A DNA stretch of 62,664 bases, the filler included, from Asterionella formosa (lineage: Eukaryota), in assembly GCA_002256025.1 (NCBI GenBank). It is 6 parts of 6 records of this genome, joined end to end, with 100 filler letters (N's around TTAATTAATTAA, not from the genome) between each part and the next. Parts side by side here need not be neighbours in the genome. Positions count along the whole stretch, not along the records: positions 1 to 27,692 come from NKIB01001430.1; 5 more parts are not named here. One strand, given 5' to 3'. The notes beneath the pieces were generated by a model. It saw only the letters and a program-made list of their open reading frames with translations. It searched no databases and was not told the DNA's origin. Positions 10,901 through 25,544 of this stretch are shown piece by piece (within the stretch, counting starts at the first letter, position 1; the number at the start of each line of letters is the position of its first letter). Made by a program: the position numbers and the translations under genes.

Positions 10901-13900
10901 AATTCGTTTCTTCTGAGTTTCATGGAGTTGGACTACTACTCAGTAAGTACAAAAGCAAAGCTCAAACGGATAGAGATGGAAACCCACCTCGTCCGTTTCA
11001 TTATGAAATCGCCTTGAAAAATGCGTCGGTCCTTTTGCCTAGGTCGAGTGTGTGTGTCGACATGGTTGCTATTGAGGTAGAGAAGCTAGTCGTCGCCAAT
11101 TCTTTTCACCGAAAATCATTTGAAATGCCGTCGGCGTCGTCTCCACTACGAAAGAATGCAGCTGAAGTCAGTGGGAAATTTCCCGAGCAATCCAATTCTC
11201 ATGGAATAAGTTGTTCTGTAGATGGAGAATTTTTTGATTGCGAGGATGTACAACTTGAGCTACCCATCATTGACGCTCCCATATCTTCCTTAAAAACTGA
11301 CATTCCAAGGATTAGTATCACAATAAAAAAAGCGAGACTTTTCACTTCCTTAAATAAAACCAAATCAGAACTGATAACCAGTAATGGGACACTTCTTCGA
11401 CATTTCTACAGAATCAACGGAAGAGCTTCGAATTATGAACGTGTATATACTCGCCGTTCGTTCTCATCGAATTTCGACACGAGTTTACTGAATGATATCA
11501 TTGATCGATGCTGGGAAGAAATCAGCATTAACCCAGTTGACATCGAAATTCTGATCGACTACGCCCCTCACCTCCGTGTTCTGATATCAGACAGACTTGA
11601 TGACTCGCAAAGTGGATCGTCAGTCAGTCTTGACCTCCGAATGTCTCAATTCTACTTGCTCTTGTCGATTTGGTACGCAAATATGCAAGAAATGCCAGTC
11701 ATGTTCCCGTTTTCCGTGGCTGAAATAGAAGGGAACGCAAAGGCTTTGGAGCCGCCGCTGAATTTCCCTGAGTATGGGTCAATTGAATTCTTAGACTTGC
11801 TAAAGGATCTCTCTCAAGTACGAAGCGAGATTGCATGCTCATTTGAGGAAATCGTGTTCCTTTGTTCCTTTGACAAGCATGGATATTTTGAGTCGGACCC
11901 TCGATGCCTTGAGATGCTATCGAGCCTAAAACAAAATGGCATTAGTGGTGACAAAGGTATTGTGATGAACGTGAAGCTGGGTTGTCCAACGGTTCATGTC
12001 ACCAGTGACTCAAGTGGTATCATGCGTATAGGAATTGGGGCTTTGGCACTTCGATTGGTAGATGAGCGTAGGGACGGCCACTTCAAGACTGTTCTCGACA
12101 TCAGTAGTTTTTCACAATCAAACAAGACTCAATTTCTTGACAGTCATGATAGCTTTCCGATCGATGCTGCATCCTGGGCCGACTTACTGTGGGGTCTTGA
12201 CTGTGATGGAACCACTTTAAGCAGCGAACTTCCTCTTTCAGTTCAAGTCAGTGTTTTCATGACTCCCGGTTGGGTTTTGACCAATTTTGGTATTGAATCA
12301 GCATTTGCCACCATCTTCGATTTTACTCCAATTTGGATAACTCTCGACTTCTTCAGCCTTTACTTTTCGAAAAGCGGGTATGGAAACCCTGTTTTTGAAG
12401 CAGCAACGCGGAAAGAGCAGCTCAAAGCGTTGCTTCAGAAAAAGCAAAGGTCCCTAAAGCAAATAGGGCAACCCGGCCTGAATATCGACTTCCGGTTGTG
12501 GCTGACTCGCCCATATCTCTGCATCCCTAGTAGCACCAAGACTATAAATGCGCCATCGCTTCGAATAGACGGCGCAACTGGCTTGTGGTATCACTTTAAG
12601 TCACTGGGAACCTATTCCTCACAAGAAGTATGTTCAACGAACCTAAGTTTAGCCATTGCTCAAGAGTTTGAAATCCCGGGGAAATGTAGAGTTGGCCATT
12701 CTGCATATAGCACCACGAAAACGCTGATCGACGGCCTTTCGTTCGGCTTTCGAATGGATTCGAATACTTCCAATGGTCATTCAGACTATTGTCTAAAGAT
12801 GCCTTTTCTGACCGGTCCTATGCAAGAAGCGTCATCAGTATGCAGGATTAGTTCTAGCGAGATCGAAGCTGACAGTGTCGTCTTAAACCCTCCAACTGTA
12901 TGCACACCTGTCGAAGAGCAAACTAGAAGCTTAGGGCCTTCAATCTGTGAACTCACATTGATTATCGATGCGTTGCCTGTGGCTTCTGACCTGCTGATTA
13001 CGCTGTTAACAGGATCAGTTGACATCAATGAGACGAAACTTTTCCAAGGAGCCGCTGATTCTACGGTGAACAGTGACACAAAAACTATTAGTGCCTCGTC
13101 GTTTTCCGCTAATGCTTGCATATGTGGTCTTCGGTTGTTCGTTATTGATCCTGTTCTCGGCAAGCACCTTCCAATTGCAGTGTGCTGCATATCTTCGGTG
13201 AAACTGGCAGCGTCGCAAATGTCTGGAAATGAAAAAGCTGACAGGTCTGCCTTACGGAGTGAGGCCCCTCCTGGGGACCTTCAACTTGCTGTGGACTTAA
13301 ACTTTTGGGCCGACTATTTCAAGCTTGGCATCACTCGAAGTTGGGAGCCTTTATTGGAACCGTTCTCGTGCCTTCTGCTTCTTGAAAAATCAATTAGGCG
13401 CGGACAGGGGATGTCACTAAACTCAGAATGTCAGTTCCACATCAACGTGACAGGAGCTTTGCTTCTTATCATGGACGAGGCCATCACTTCTTTCTCCCGG
13501 GCATTGGTCGATTCCTTTGGGTCGAAGAATGCACCTTCGTCCGTAATTGAAACTTCGTTTTCCGATCATGCAAATGAAGAATCTATTGTCTCCCAATATG
13601 CAGGAACTTTTATAGACCAGCATCTAGATTCAAGCTCTTGTGGAACTCGAAATGTACGACACCATGTCCCCAAACCCCTGCGATCTGACGACCGTGTTGC
13701 TTTCTCGATGTTGAATTTGACTGGACAACGCATTAGAGTTCACCAACAGAGTAAAGAGTCGGATTCTACGGTTCCAGAAAGGACAGCTGTTGTGACATAT
13801 CTTGAGCATTCCGAGTCAACAAGGCTTGAATTTGAGGCCACTGTGTCAGTCATCCATAATTTACATATTGTAGATGTTCCTTTCCCAGGCCTTCCTCGTT

Positions 13901-16900
13901 CACTGCGAGACAGTCGTGGACAGGGGGCCAATGATCCTTCAATTAATATCCAACTTCCTGGTTTCAAGTGGATCCAAGGAATGTCTGTAGATACTTCAGG
14001 TAGAAAGTTTGGGGGACTAGAACCTCGATCCTCTGCGGTTCTTCAAAAGTTAAACAGGGATTGGAGGCTGAAAAACGCCGTAAAATTGCTCTCTGAAGTG
14101 GGTATCGAGAATGGGGGGAGGCTTATCACTGTCAGGAGCCTATTTGAGATTCGAAATCACACTGCACACACTATTTGCCTTTCTCTTCACCCCGATCCAA
14201 CTCATATACCAATCTCCGGCCATAAACAGGGATTTGCTAAAGTGCCCAGTGGCAATACACAACCGGATGTCTTTGAGGCAATCCGACCCGGCGCATATTA
14301 TCAAGTTCCCACTCTCTTACTGGAGTCTGCTCTTCGTTTGAAGGGGAGCCATCTTGGATCATTCTGGATCCACCCTGCCGATGGCGATATCAATGACGAT
14401 CTCTTTGAACTCGTTCGAGCTCGACTTGAAACTAACGTTACTGATATTGCCATTGGTTATTGCTCGCGACCTGTCCAACTCGCTAAAGTAGTGCATGAAA
14501 CATCGCAGATATTCCAATCAGTTGGAGGCGATGATGTTGCTCCCGATAAGGGGCAAAGCGGGATTCAAGTGTCGTGTCCGATTTCGGATGGAAGCGATGG
14601 TGTACCGTTGGCCCCATTCTGTTACACTGTCGAGATAAAACGCAGTCCGATCGTGAAATCATTTGAGAATGAGCCCGATGAGCAGGATCGACCCCGAGTG
14701 CACTTTCAACGGCCAAGAATGCACCCAATGAAAGATGGTTCATCACCGGAATACAGCGATGCTGGAACTGGGAAAAAGACACGGCGTAATGATACACGGG
14801 ATTCGTCCCGTTTCGAGCATGGCCCAGTTTCGTATTCGTTGTCTATTCATCCACCTTTGGTGATTGAGAATCTTCTTCCCACTCGCGGTAGATTTGAATT
14901 GATGCATGCTACTCGACGAACAGTTCTGTGGTTTAGTGACTTATTGCCAGGGGAAAGGGTTCCTATACACACGGTGGGATTGGATGCCCCTCTCCTCTTG
15001 CTAGTCAACCTTGGTTTCTGTCGAACACCAATTGGAGAAGGGGCTCTGGTTCATCATGGCAATGACGCAGGTACGTTTGCAGGAAGAATGTTAATAGCTC
15101 CAAGTGATTGTAAACTCACATCATAAAAAGGAAGTATCGGCCCCCAAAGTGGCTTGAAGTCGTTAGGTAAAGCTGTCAGTAAGGGCACCAAACAAATCGG
15201 TAAAACTTTGACAGCAATTTCCGATTCCCCAGTGAAGCGTGGAAAAGTAGTTGTTCTTGGGTTGCAGAACCCTGCGGTCCACAAGAAAAAGACAGGAAAA
15301 TTGTTCAACAAGAAGAATGTTAGTTTTGCTTCAATGGGTGGGAGCACTTTGGGGTTAGACACAGGAAACCTTGGCGAAAATGGTGGCAAAGTGCATTCCG
15401 TTGAAAGCATCAGCTATTCTATGGACGATATTGCGACTGAAACTGCTGTGGTGGACAGTATCGGGCAGCGTCTCACATTAGGCATTGATAACAGCCGAGG
15501 GGGAGGAGGGCAACGGCGTATTTCATTGTTTTGTCCATTTTGGATATTGAACACAACAGAACATGCACTGCGTTACAAGCAAGATAAAACGTCATCATAC
15601 GTGTCTGGCACGGTAATCAGTCCAAGTATGGATGGATCGAAATCAGTGGATAGCAGCAATAGAATTGCTTCCAGTTCTCCAACCTTTTTCTCGTCAAACA
15701 GGCATTTCGGTCCCAAGAAGAAGGCGACAGTTGGTAAAGTGATGCCGACAGACGAAACAACAATTTTCGCTGGAAAACCAGGTGCGCTTGCGACTTTGAC
15801 AGGACGACAAAAAATGTCAGCAATGAGATTGGCGCCGCTATTAGAGAAAGAGATACCACTTGACAAACTTTCATTGTTGGCTTTTATGTTTAGTTTCTAT
15901 GAGGACGTTTTGGCTATTGGTCACTCGAAGATGGCAGTCCAGCTGGCCGATGGAACTCAATATTCAGATTATACGTCGGATTGGTCGAAAGGTTTCAGTT
16001 TAGATTCTATTGGAGTGCCGCAAGTAATTGGGTAAGCATACCTTGTTCAAGTTGCTCCGCGTCATTGTCATCAAAACTAACAAGAGTGGAATCCTTGCTT
16101 TAGAATGCACTGCAAGGATGGACGCGTGCTAGAAGTTTCGGTGACGATCAGCATTGCTCCAGGATTATTGAGTGCATATACCAAAATTGTTCGATTCGCT
16201 CCTAGATTTGTTCTTGTCAACCAAATGGAGAGACCTTTGCGATTGTGGCAGGATAGCTCAGTTCTACATTCAGTGTACGATTCTGAGTTGACGGAGTCGT
16301 CAACAAACCAGAACTGGCACTTTAGAGTGGTTGACGAGGATGACAGTGATGAAAGTAGTCCATACAAGGCACTTTTTGGACGATCATCTATTTTGGACGA
16401 CTGTGATGGAATGTTGGCGGAGACAACGGCGCATCACTCAGCATTGTACATTACAACAGCAAGCGGTAGATCGTTAGTCCCTTTTCATTTGCCAGACACC
16501 CGTGGCGATCGACAATTACGAATTGATCTGGGAGGAAATTGTAACCTGACAGCAAGTTTCAATGCCGATGTCACTGGAGAGCATACTCTAAAGGTTAACA
16601 AAGCAGTGGATTTGAGACTCATTCAGCACGTTAATACCCGGGCCTCTCCGCATTACAAGGTTGTATTGCCTCCGCCGGACTGTGACTTAGACTGGGACGG
16701 GGAGTTGGGTGTATGGTTCGAAACCGACTGGGGCAGGGATACTAAAGTCATAGTTAAAGGAACAAAGCGTGGGCGGTACTCTTTCAATCATACAGATATT
16801 CACGTTGGCGACGAACTCCTTCGAATTGATAATGTGGAAGTTTCACACATGACTTTTTTGGAGACAATGAAGATTCTCAAGGAGCGAGTGGCGTTCGTAT

Positions 16901-19900
16901 CTTTCGCACGGCAAGTAGCTGTGAGAGACAGCAATCGGCGTGAACGAGCGATGTCGTTCAGACAGAAGCGCATGCTTCATCGTGTCGCAACCCCAGAGGA
17001 GTTCGCTGTGACAGGAGAGGAACAACTTGTCTTAACCTTTCGAACTTTTGAAGAGAGGCTTCGTCGATTAAGAGCCAACGCGTCCAGGACACGTAATCAT
17101 TCGACTACAACTGACCGTTCGTCACATGCGATAAGGCATTTATCTTCCTTGCCGCTTCCCTCTGGTGCCGATACACATGGCCAACTTTTAAAGAGAAAGC
17201 AGGAGCATGACAATGTTATTGGAGAATTGAAGGTTGAAATGCGGAATATACACAGCTCACTGTTTGTGATTATCAGCGAACAAGATCCAGACACGCTCCC
17301 TTACAGGATTGAGAATCGGGCGATGAATCACAATATCTTCTTTAGACAGCATGGTTGCACCGGTCACCCTTGGAACATCCTAAAGCCTGGTGAGACCAAG
17401 ATCTATACTTGGGAAGAGCCCACGAAACCAAGAAGACTTTGCGTAAAAGTTGGCTTAAACAACATTTCTTTTCTGGAGGACGAGGGGACGAACGACAGTG
17501 GCAATGGTGAGTTTCAAGAAGATTCTGACTCCGAAACAGATATTAATGGTGGCAGGCCAGCTCGCTTCAAACAGATTCTATCTGCTCAATATGTTGACAG
17601 TGAAGACCGCGCTGGCTTCGGTGCAGTAAGAATTGTTAAGTTAGAAGAGATAGGGTTCAACGACATGCTGCCTTGTCCTGGCGTACATGAAGCTACGCGG
17701 TCGAGTTCTATACTTGACCCTAGTTGTCTTCTGAATTGCCAAGTTGATACCGATGGTGCTACCCGCGTTTTGGTAATCTCAGATAACAAAGGAATTGACG
17801 AAAGGAGAATCCTGCAACGTCACTTAGCTACGATCGAACGTCAAATTCGAGGTGAAGCAAATAGGCAAGCGGACTTGCTGAGTTTAAAAAAATTCATGGA
17901 AACTAATAGATTTTCCGGCGAAGAGGAAAAACACGAAGAGTCACAGGAGGTAGAGCTTATATCGCAATCATTGAATCCAAAGGAAATGCAGTCCCCTGCA
18001 TCCATTCCAGGTATGGTTGGGCACCTGCACGATATCAACCCTAACATGTCAACGATTGAAAATAAAGCCAAGACTCTTGCTGCAGACTTTCCCGAAACGA
18101 GCACAATTTCTGGGATAAACCAAGTAATCGTGGAAGTTCTTGAAGCAACTGGGTTAAAGCCATATGATGTTACAGGGTTCTGCAATCCGTATTGCGAGAT
18201 TGTGGTTAAGGGGCGGTCTAAAACAAAGCGATCCTTCTTATCAAGAAGCAATGTTCGAAAGAGGACATACTATGTCGAGAAGACGCTTGCTCCGAAGTGG
18301 TCTGATCAAGTTTTCATTTTTGATGTGCCCCATGACGCAGTCAGTGTTACCCGGGGACACTTGGTGCAGATTCGTCTTCGAGACTTCAAGTTTGTGGGCT
18401 CGCATTCATATCTGGGCCAGACAAACGTCCACCTCAGAAGCATTCGCAACCAGCAAGAGCTAGTAGGATGGTATCCTCTTGTTGGCAGGACGGGTCGCAG
18501 AGAACTTGAAGACTCACAGGCGAACTGGGGACGCGGCTCTGTGAAACTACGAGTTCAATGGATCTACACTATCCCTGCTTTGCTGGATTACTTCCTACTG
18601 TTATCAGAAAGACGACTGCTTGATTTACGACACAGTGTTGCCGGGATGACAACGCAGCTTGAGCATCTACTTGATTCAGAAACTGGCAGCAAAAGTAAAG
18701 TCGTTCCTTTTACAACAGGAAGGATTCCAAATTTGTTGGCTATGAAGGCTCCGAAACAGCTCTTACATCAAGGAACAAACCGAGCAGCAATTCCTGATGC
18801 ACCTAACTCCATGGATGGTGGTATCAACCGAACGACACTGAATCCCTCAGCGATAAACGGACCGCTGCGTCAATCACGAGGAAGGCTAAAATGGTTGCTG
18901 TACTCCCAAACTGCAGAGAGCAAGCGAAACCGAAAATTTGGAAATAATGGTGAAAACAAAGAAGAAATCGCTCGTTTTGAGGCCAAGCAAATGGCACAAA
19001 ATCCAATCTTAAGTATCGCAGAAATTAGAAGCCTTGATCCTTTGAGGGGTACTGGCGAAGTGGCCAACGCGGATGATACATGTCTCCCTACTGTTGGCCC
19101 TTCGCTGGACCAACTAAACTCTGCGAGTATGGAAGAATTGGATGATCGCTCATTAGAACGGTGCAGCGGAATAACTCTTGATGCCAATTTACGACAAAGA
19201 AGGAGAGCATACAGTTTGGAAGACACCCAGTTCAACCAATTGATTAACCAAGAAGTTCTAGATTTCGCTTTGAGGACGCGATCCTGCACGTTCGATGGAC
19301 CTTTCGAAAGCCACGACGAGATGACACAGAATCGAGGTGTGCTCCTTGCGGCTATTTCAGAAGCTGATGCTGAACGCGCCAACACTGTGAATAGGCTAGT
19401 CCAGGAAGGTATACTTTATCACAGGAGCAATGATTATTTTCACAACCGCCATCTTTTCTACGAATTTCGAGCTGCTTTATTTGAAACACACCGGACGACC
19501 GAGACATTTTTCCAACCGAAATCACTCCTTAGAGTAGCTCCTTCGATCAAGTTTTTTCGTTCATGGACTGCGGCAAAAACCATCCTGGACGATTCTGGTT
19601 TATTGACGGAAGCCACAGATTCTGAATTCCATGTGTCACTTGTGCAAAATCTTGACCCTGACATTGACATCCAGGATGATGCATCTTTCAATTGCCGATC
19701 TTTTCTGGTAGGGAAGCTGAGACTTCCTCATTTCGCTCCTGAAGCCATGGGACGACGAGCAGTCTCTCGAGCTGAAGATATTTATGTCGCGAGAAACAGC
19801 TTCGAGAGGGCATGTAAGCGTTCACTTCGTGCCGTTCTCAATCCAGGAGGGTGGTTAACCATTCGTCCCATTACAGCGCTGAATCTTACAGATTCATTCA

Positions 19901-22900
19901 CTGGAATGCACATCAAGTTGCGATATGGTTCAGAGGTGGTCAACAGTCAAACTGTAGATGCTCGAGCCAGTCCTTCATGGACATCTGAAGAGTATTCCAC
20001 TGATGATGATAATGACCCCCCGGATAGTCTTCTCTTCTCGAGGACTGCGACTTCAAAACGTGGCCGTCCTCTTGAATTTCAATTCAGCACCAATGACCTA
20101 CAAGCTTACGTTGAGCCCCAGAAAACAAGTGGTTCTCTTCGTCTTTCTGTGGTAGGAGAACGATTGAATCTTAGAACAGAGATTGGTGTTTTGAATATTC
20201 CTCTTGGCTCAGCAATAAGTTGCTGTGTGGAATGTATCGAAAATGCCTTGGAGGCTCAACCAGACGCCATAACCTCCATGCCAATGTATGTCCGATGGTT
20301 TCCTCTAATGAGCCCCAAAGATTCAGTGTCTGTTGATGGCGATATGGGCAATAGTATCAAACCCAAGGAAACGGAACAACTAAGGGATAGTTTTTTCCAC
20401 AACTATTTTACCCCATGTATAAAATTGGCCTTCATTTGGCAGCCTAACCAGCAAGAGTCTCTTAGGACTGAATTTCAGTCGGTCCGAACAGGTGTAGGCA
20501 GCCTGACAATTAACGAGGATGATGATTGGTATAGGCAACTAAAATCTCCGTTGACAGATCGTTATTTCAATTCAGATGTTACAAGAGTGTCAATGGCTTT
20601 AATTGATTCCCAGCGGGCGCTCGATTTACTTTCGCTCAGTCTAAGTGACATTGATATTCGATACTCCGAGACCAAGGCGAAGACAAGAGTGGGCTTAGTT
20701 ATTGGGTGGATTCAAGTAGACCAGCAAGACGCAAAGGCACGGGAACCAGTTGTTTTGGCACCTACACCAGTTGAGCATCCTCAGCCAACTTTTCAATTCT
20801 TGGCGGTGAAGGATAATCTGAGATCCAAAGGAAATATTGCTTCGTATGAATACATTGGAGTTTCATTGCAGGAACTCGATCTCACAGTGGAGGAGGAGTG
20901 GATGTTCGGAGTCTGGGATTTTTTCATCAGTGTGGTGCGTCGGCGCGAGGGTAAGCGAAAAGTAGTTGGAAGGACCAGCGTAAACGAAAAAAAGTCACGA
21001 GAAAATGCCACCTTATTGTCGACGACTCAGTTTCGACCCGTCATCAGTAGTCAATTGACTTCGGAAGGTCTCCCGATGTCGTCCTTATATTCGCTTCTTT
21101 TCAGCACAAATGCAAGCGGCGAACCACATCAGGACCACAAGGTTTATGTCGAACAGCTCCTTCTAGGATTCGTGAAGGTCAATTTGTCGTATCTCAAGGG
21201 AACTCGAGGAAATTGGGAATTAACAGATGGTGGGGAATTCATTGCGAAAAATATTGATGGGCTCACTCAGGGGCTTCCCGAGAAAATGGCTATGACCGCT
21301 GGCGGACTTCGAGTAGTAACTGGGAAAATCTATGAGTCTCGATCCGATGTCATGGAGAAGTGGGCATCATACACCTACGATGAAGATCTCTGGACAGATT
21401 CTGGAGCCGGTAAGTTTCGATTTCATTTCGCAAAATTATGTCTGGAACATATTATTCTAACCGTTATTATTTTTAAAAGCAAAAAGCACATACAACTTAC
21501 CCAACATTATTGCCGGGCTTGTACCTTCCATTTCGGATGCACCTATTCGGCTGCAGGGCAAAGCAATCGACCATATATTTGAAAGTTCAACCGAAATTTT
21601 CGATAGCATCAAGAATTACTACGTGAACGAAACATTGAAGCAAATTTACAAAATTGTCGGCTCACTAGACTTTGTAGGAAATCCAACAATGGTCCTCAAC
21701 TCCTTTGCAACAGGAGTGAGAGACTTCTTTATAACACCTTCACAAGCTTTCTTGAGAACTCCAAAAAACCCTTCAAAAGTTGGTATTGGCATTGCGAAAG
21801 GAACTCTATCTTTGGTCTCTCATAGCGCCAGTGGAGTATTTGGTTTTACTGCTAAGATGGCCGCAACAGCCGGACAAGCAGCAGCAACACTATCCTTTGA
21901 CACTGAATATGTAAGGTGGCACAGAGAGATGATTCTCGTTGAAGCGAAAAGTCTTGATCGTCAATACAGGAAACGTGGACTTCAAAGTGTCCAGGGCATG
22001 TTGACTCGGCCAGTTTGGGACATTATCCGTGGTACAGCTCTAGGAGTATCGGGTCTGATTATATCCCCTTACAGGGGCGCTCAGAAAAACGGCAGCCGGG
22101 GTTTATTGAATGGTGTGGCGTTAGGTGTTGTTGGTGTGATTGCTAAGCCTACAGTTGGAGTTCTGGATGCATTCACCCACTTTGTTGGTTCCATTCATGA
22201 TCTTGCGAAAAGCGTCAATGTACTTGAGAAGAGGCACCAGCCTGCAAGAAAACTTCGCTTGCCCTCGTATTTTAGTCTCGAAGATGTGTTGGAGCCTTTT
22301 GATATGACTACTGCTCGCAGCGTCACATTGCTGCGACTGTATCCACTGAAAGCAAAGCTTGCCTCCCGAAGCCAGTCACGAAAGAATGTCTTGATGACAG
22401 AAACTCATGTGGCATCAGAAGTACTAAATATGGAACCTGGTGTTGAAATATACATAATAGTTTCTACTCTGAGAGTCATCCTTTGCAAAGTCAAAAAGGA
22501 AAGCGTTGGCACACTTGTTCCCTTTCTATGCTGGGAGGTGTATCTCAGCACTGATTCGATAGTCACTCCAAAGGTCCATGAGCATGGCCACAATGGAGTC
22601 GCCTTGACAATAACAACTCGAGAGGCTTCTAAGGAAGGCTTCATTCTTTCGCCTCCACCAACAACCATGCACAGTGATGATAAACCAGAATTAGCTATTG
22701 CAACGCCAAGCCACAATGCTGAACTTTTGGACTGCTCAACACATCCATTGGAAAAAGAGGAACCTTCGCCTGCTCTAGATATTCCATCACGCCATAAATT
22801 TCAAGAGTTAAAACCCATGCTCTCAGCGAGAAACTTGTTCAATGGCTCCACTGGTGAGATGTCCCATATGGGGACTCGGCCTAGTCAGGATGCTTTATGG

Positions 22901-24772
22901 ACAGAGGGAAGTGAACACTCAAATAATGTCCAGGAGGGTGAACTGCAACTTGAAAATCATTTTCATGGGTTTCGCCAGAGTCAACAGGGCGATATTCTGG
23001 AGTGGTACACTGTCTTGGCTGAGTTCCAGCATCGGCGGCAACTGAGTAGGATTCACAATGCTATTTGCTGCATCACAGGAACTCTTGATGCCATTATTCT
23101 GGATAGGGGGTTGGGTACCGAAGGGAGCACAGAAGGATACACTTCCTTTGGTGACCTAATTTTTACCCCTGAAAATTTAGATGTGGGTAAAATGGACTGT
23201 ATTGATGATGAAGTGAATTGCCTCAAACAATTGGAAAAAGTACCTTGGGTTCATGAAAGTACATTCAAGGAATATCGGTTTGTAGGTTCTGACAAGACAA
23301 CTTCAAATTTTGTCCAATTAAGACATATGTGGACATTGAAACGCGAATTCGAGGCATCCCAAAGTCGAGGAGGCCCCCTATGGCTCATTAAGGCAAGATC
23401 TGATGCAATGTTCATCCCAGAGGAGCCCCCAAGTCTTCCAAAAACACCAGTTGCAAAAAGTGCAGCCGTTAAAACAGTACTTGTCAGACTGGAGAAAGGT
23501 GCTATATGCTACAATGAGGCAACAGAGATAATTGCAGCTCTGAATCACAGTTATCTATCCACCATACTTGAAGCTTCGCATGAGATTTGTGAAAGTGACC
23601 TGACCAATTTATATTCTTCAACCAGAATAGAATCATCTGATTCAATGGTAGACAGGGGGCATTCCCCGTTGAGGCAATTGTCGCATTCAGAAACATTTTG
23701 GTCTACCCCATCACATATCTCTAGCTATGTGGAAAATTGGGGAAATTCATTGAATAGCAATGTGGACAGTCGTGGACCTTTATTCGACATGGATTCTTTA
23801 TCCCAGAGTAGTGACACTGAAAGTGTTGGTCCAGCACCAAATGATGCCAAGCAAAGCATTGGCAATCTATCACAAAGTCTCAGCCTTGGAACTGTGGCAA
23901 GTTTGTCAATGTCTCAACACATAGGAGACAAAATATCATCACAATCTGTGGATGAAAGGTCATTTGTGGAGAGATCAATGGAAGAACAGACTGATGAACA
24001 AGTTCCAGATAGGGTGGACAAAATTGAAGGAATGTTGGAGCAGCTTGTTGAAATCACTTTGCTGCAGGCTAAGATTGGGCTAGGTTTTGCTTCAGCCCAG
24101 CCACCACCAGTGGCATCTGAGAACAGTGATGTAGCTATGCTGCGACAGGAAATCGAACAACTTCGGCTAGAAGTCAAAGCAAAGAAAGAAATTTCAAATA
24201 ATGTGGAAGCAATGCAAGCCGAGTTACAAGAGCTAAGAAGTGCCCTCAATGGCGGGGGCGTGGCCTCATTGGCGGCTCTCAAAGCAAATGTCACAGCAGA
24301 GGACCACACGGCTCCTCCCCACACCTTTCGGCGAAATAAGCTTGAGCGACCCTTTCGGAAGGGCGCTGAAAAGGTCACGACCCTCGGTAAGGCAATAATG
24401 AAAGGTGAAATTGATACCAGTAAGCGAATTCGTCGTTCGAACCCGAGAGGACGAGTAACCAATGATGGACTGGCAGCCCGTTCTGAGATATCTAGTCTAA
24501 GCGATGATGTCAGCTTATCACATTCTGTATCTTCGATGCCGATTACAAGTTTCAATATGCACCCTTACATTGCACCCTTGTCTAGCACTTCGGCAGCTGG
24601 GCGAATAGAGAGAATTGAAGAACTAAATGACCAAAGTAGTGAAGGGTCGCTCGAAATACATTCTGTTGGTGAGCACGTGAGCAAGAAGGGTGAGGAGTTT
24701 TATGAGTCGAGCGCTGATGAATCTGGTGGAGTGCTGTCCATAGCAGGGGCAAATCGGACTGAGACGTTGTAG
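4949..24772 (+). CDS. VPS13: VPS13-family bridge-like lipid transfer protein, ~6515 aa; exons 4949-9022, 9097-15070, 15131-16031, 16104-21409, 21480-24772
   Basis: Chorein_N-like start (LLSNFLEFDPNQLQIGIWSGDFSLNEV...GNVGTLRLRIPWK). Family motifs include SWEPLLEPF, VAB/SHR-BD-type repeats (PPLVIENLLP, FCPFWILNTT, RFAPRFVLVNQ, PYRIENR..YTWEEP) and a VPS13_C/ATG2_C region (ISDAPIRL, KIVGSLDFVGNP, GVVGVIAKPTVGVLD). All four introns are GT..AG, 60-74 nt, and join the five long ORFs in frame (19548 nt total). Confidence 0.92.
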
Positions 24773-25049
24773 GGGCATCACTTACATGGATATACCACAA
24801 TCAAGTGTGATGAATAATTTGCCAACAAGTCAAACTCATCATTTCAAACTTCAACAAGCAAGGTTGCAGCTTGTTTGACTCGTTTTCCAAATCAGAAGTT
24901 TGTTGAATGGCCCTCCTAGTGTTTTGATCTCATACTCATTAAACATATAATATATTGCCATGGTTTTGTAAGTTTGTTCTTGCCTCAAATTGTTGTGCAT
25001 TCTCCACAATTATCATGTGTAGGTATAGAGTAGTATACTATTCTAGAGC

Positions 25050-25544
25050 CTACGAAGTCCAGGCAATTAGTACTGACAATAGCATTGCAAGGCAGGATAC
25101 CTCCTTTATTCTGGCCACATTCGGTTGATTCTTCTCCATGATATTATGTCCAATACCAACTTGAGCGGCCCATGCCACTGTCCAGGAAGTGACTGCAATG
25201 GCAAACATTATGGGTCTGGTGCAACTCCTTGACATTGCCCTGACAGTGACTGGCGTTAGGATATGAAAGGAAGCTGCCAACAGTCCCATTCTGACTCCCA
25301 TGACTGAGTTGTTCTTATTTTTCGTCGTCGTCCCTACCATCAATGACAAGATTGCCAAACATGCGCTCACAATGACAGTTCCCAAGTCACCAAACACAAT
25401 AAAACACAACAGCATCAAGGACCAGCATTCGATTGGTATCATTATGTAATGGATCCATCGATTTCGCCATTCTTGATGATTTCGTCGATACAAGGCAAGA
25501 TCTTGACGATGTTGTTGTTGAAGCACACGAAGAAAGGAATTCAT
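25050..25544 (-). CDS. Mpo1-like / DUF962 membrane protein (~164 aa)
   Basis: Y..NHQ..RNR.IHYIMIP and W.AQ..IGH..EKNQP His motifs typical of DUF962, with hydrophobic helices between them. Start placed at MNSFLR (ATG 25544); the upstream ORF extension looks non-coding. Confidence 0.78.
   Translation of the reverse strand: MNSFLRVLQQQHRQDLALYRRNHQEWRNRWIHYIMIPIECWSLMLLCFIVFGDLGTVIVSACLAILSLMVGTTTKNKNNSVMGVRMGLLAASFHILTPVTVRAMSRSCTRPIMFAIAVTSWTVAWAAQVGIGHNIMEKNQPNVARIKEVSCLAMLLSVLIAWTS

Noticed and set aside
4949..24772. Five separate genes or an operon
   Set aside because: The ORFs join in frame through four short GT-AG introns and give the VPS13 domain order.
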